From: Eledone cirrhosa
Taxonomy: Eukaryota
Assembly: GCA_964016885.1 (NCBI GenBank)
Contig: CAXHJY010001408.1
Span: 1 to 41,049 of the forward strand
DNA length: 41,049 nt
Direction of reading: 5' to 3'
Each line of letters starts with the position of its first letter. The first letter of the stretch is position 1. Positions 39,798 through 41,049 of this stretch are shown piece after piece. Both the position numbers and the translations under genes were made by a program. The notes beneath the pieces were generated by a model, which made no database searches, was not told where the DNA came from, and was given only the letters and a program-made list of their open reading frames with translations.

Positions 39798-40461
39798 TAC
39801 ATAACTTCGAATAACAGTTTGGCATAGACGAAACCACCTTTGGTTTGGGTAAATTATTTTGAGCAGTGGGCCACATAGGATGTAGACTATCATAAGGCGA
39901 ACTTCACTACTAAAATATTCAAGGGAAATTTTGAATTCGGCATTCCATTCAGAAAGGCAAACGGGCCACAATTTGACCATGACTCGTATATATTAATAAT
40001 CTTGATATATCTTTTTAAAATTGATTCAGTAATTGGCAGATATTACTTGTATTCATTTTGATGGTATCCCTAATCGTTTTGTTCGATTATTTCCATCCCA
40101 GTACTGTATCCCAGTACTGTATGCTTAGTGTCTGAAATGTATGTCAGTTATCACTAAATAAGATAGTGGGTGGCGCAGTGATATATAGCTAGGTTTGCAC
40201 AAAACATCTTGAGGAAATGTGATTTTGAATTTTCGCTCGAAAAGGCAAGAAACCTCTGAGCCGTCGGGCCTCTAGCCTTATTCATATGTATGTATTTATA
40301 TTTATTATTATTTCTGGCAATATTATAAAAATATGACCCTCCCCAAATATAACAATATATATATATATATATATATATATTATTATTAGGGTAAACATTG
40401 ATGCAATTTAATTCAAGCACTCAACGTACTTTTTCCACATATGAGTGACGGAGTAAATATC

Positions 40462-40779
40462 GAATAAGGAAAAGCGAAGTAGTTTCAGATGTTCAAGTCC
40501 TTTAATAATAATGCTGTGATATATATTTCAAAGACGACACTGGCCACACTGTTCTGTGTGCGAGTGTCGTGACATCATCAGACAGCTCGTTACATAATAA
40601 GGTTCATGTCGATTCAATTTGGATTACCTCGGAAACAACCTTATTATGTAACAAGCTGTCTGATGGTGTCACGACACTCGCACACAGAACAGTGTGGCCA
40701 GTGTCGTCTTTGAAATATATATCACAGCATTATTATTAAAGGACTTGAACATCTGAAACTACTTCGCTTTTCCTTATTC
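40462..40779. mobile_element. Fold-back element: 143-bp inverted arms, 32-nt spacer, hammerhead-like motif in each arm
   Basis: 40462-40604 is the reverse complement of 40637-40779 with 2 mismatches; right arm abuts (TA)n. Confidence 0.93.
40513..40586 (-). ncRNA. Type-I hammerhead-like motif with extended stem II
   Basis: GCTGT-CTGATGA-TGTC-ACGACACT-CG-CACAC-AGAACA-GTGTG-GCC-AGTGTCGT-CTTT-GAAA-TATATA-TC-ACAGC. Confidence 0.62.
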
Positions 40780-40811
<32 letters not shown>

Positions 40812-41049
40812 TATATCACATAAGAAACGGAGAATCAGTGGTGCGACGAATAAGATTTATTAGACGTATTACAATCGTTTCTCTGGCACGATCGATGCAA
40901 TGATCAAACCTGACTCTGAAATCGCAACATCCTCAGATATGTCTCGATTCTACGAAGCCTTGTTTCCAAATATATATCTGTGTGTGTATTATGTATGCAT
41001 GTATGTAAGTATTATGTAAGTATTATGTATGTACGTATGTATCTATAAC

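Noticed and set aside
39879-40060. Open frame DVDYHKANFTTKIFKGNFEFGIPFRK as an exon
   Set aside because: Weak acceptor, no clear donor and no recognisable homology.

Overview
Repeat-dominated, AT-rich metazoan DNA. Microsatellite density and SINE/LINE types suggest an octopus-like cephalopod (inference). No complete host gene is evident, and nearly all ORF-track entries are translations of (TA)n, (CA)n, (CAC)n or (CTA)n arrays. Real coding remnants are retroelements: a frameshifted 5'-truncated RTE LINE with a C-terminal C2H2 array, an uninterrupted 5'-truncated L1/Tx1 ORF2, two R4/Dong-like RLE fragments and two short RTE-type 3' fragments. Two tRNA-derived SINE families are also present. 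Two features stand out. First, at least six mutually unrelated short non-coding element families sit in (TA)n tracts, and each carries a type-I hammerhead-ribozyme fold with a different core variant, often inside long fold-back inverted repeats (Penelope pLTR/retrozyme-like). Second, one SINE has its 27-nt A-box-containing 5' end amplified into a 59-unit tandem array. One plausible 96-nt host exon lies at 37275-37370 (-).
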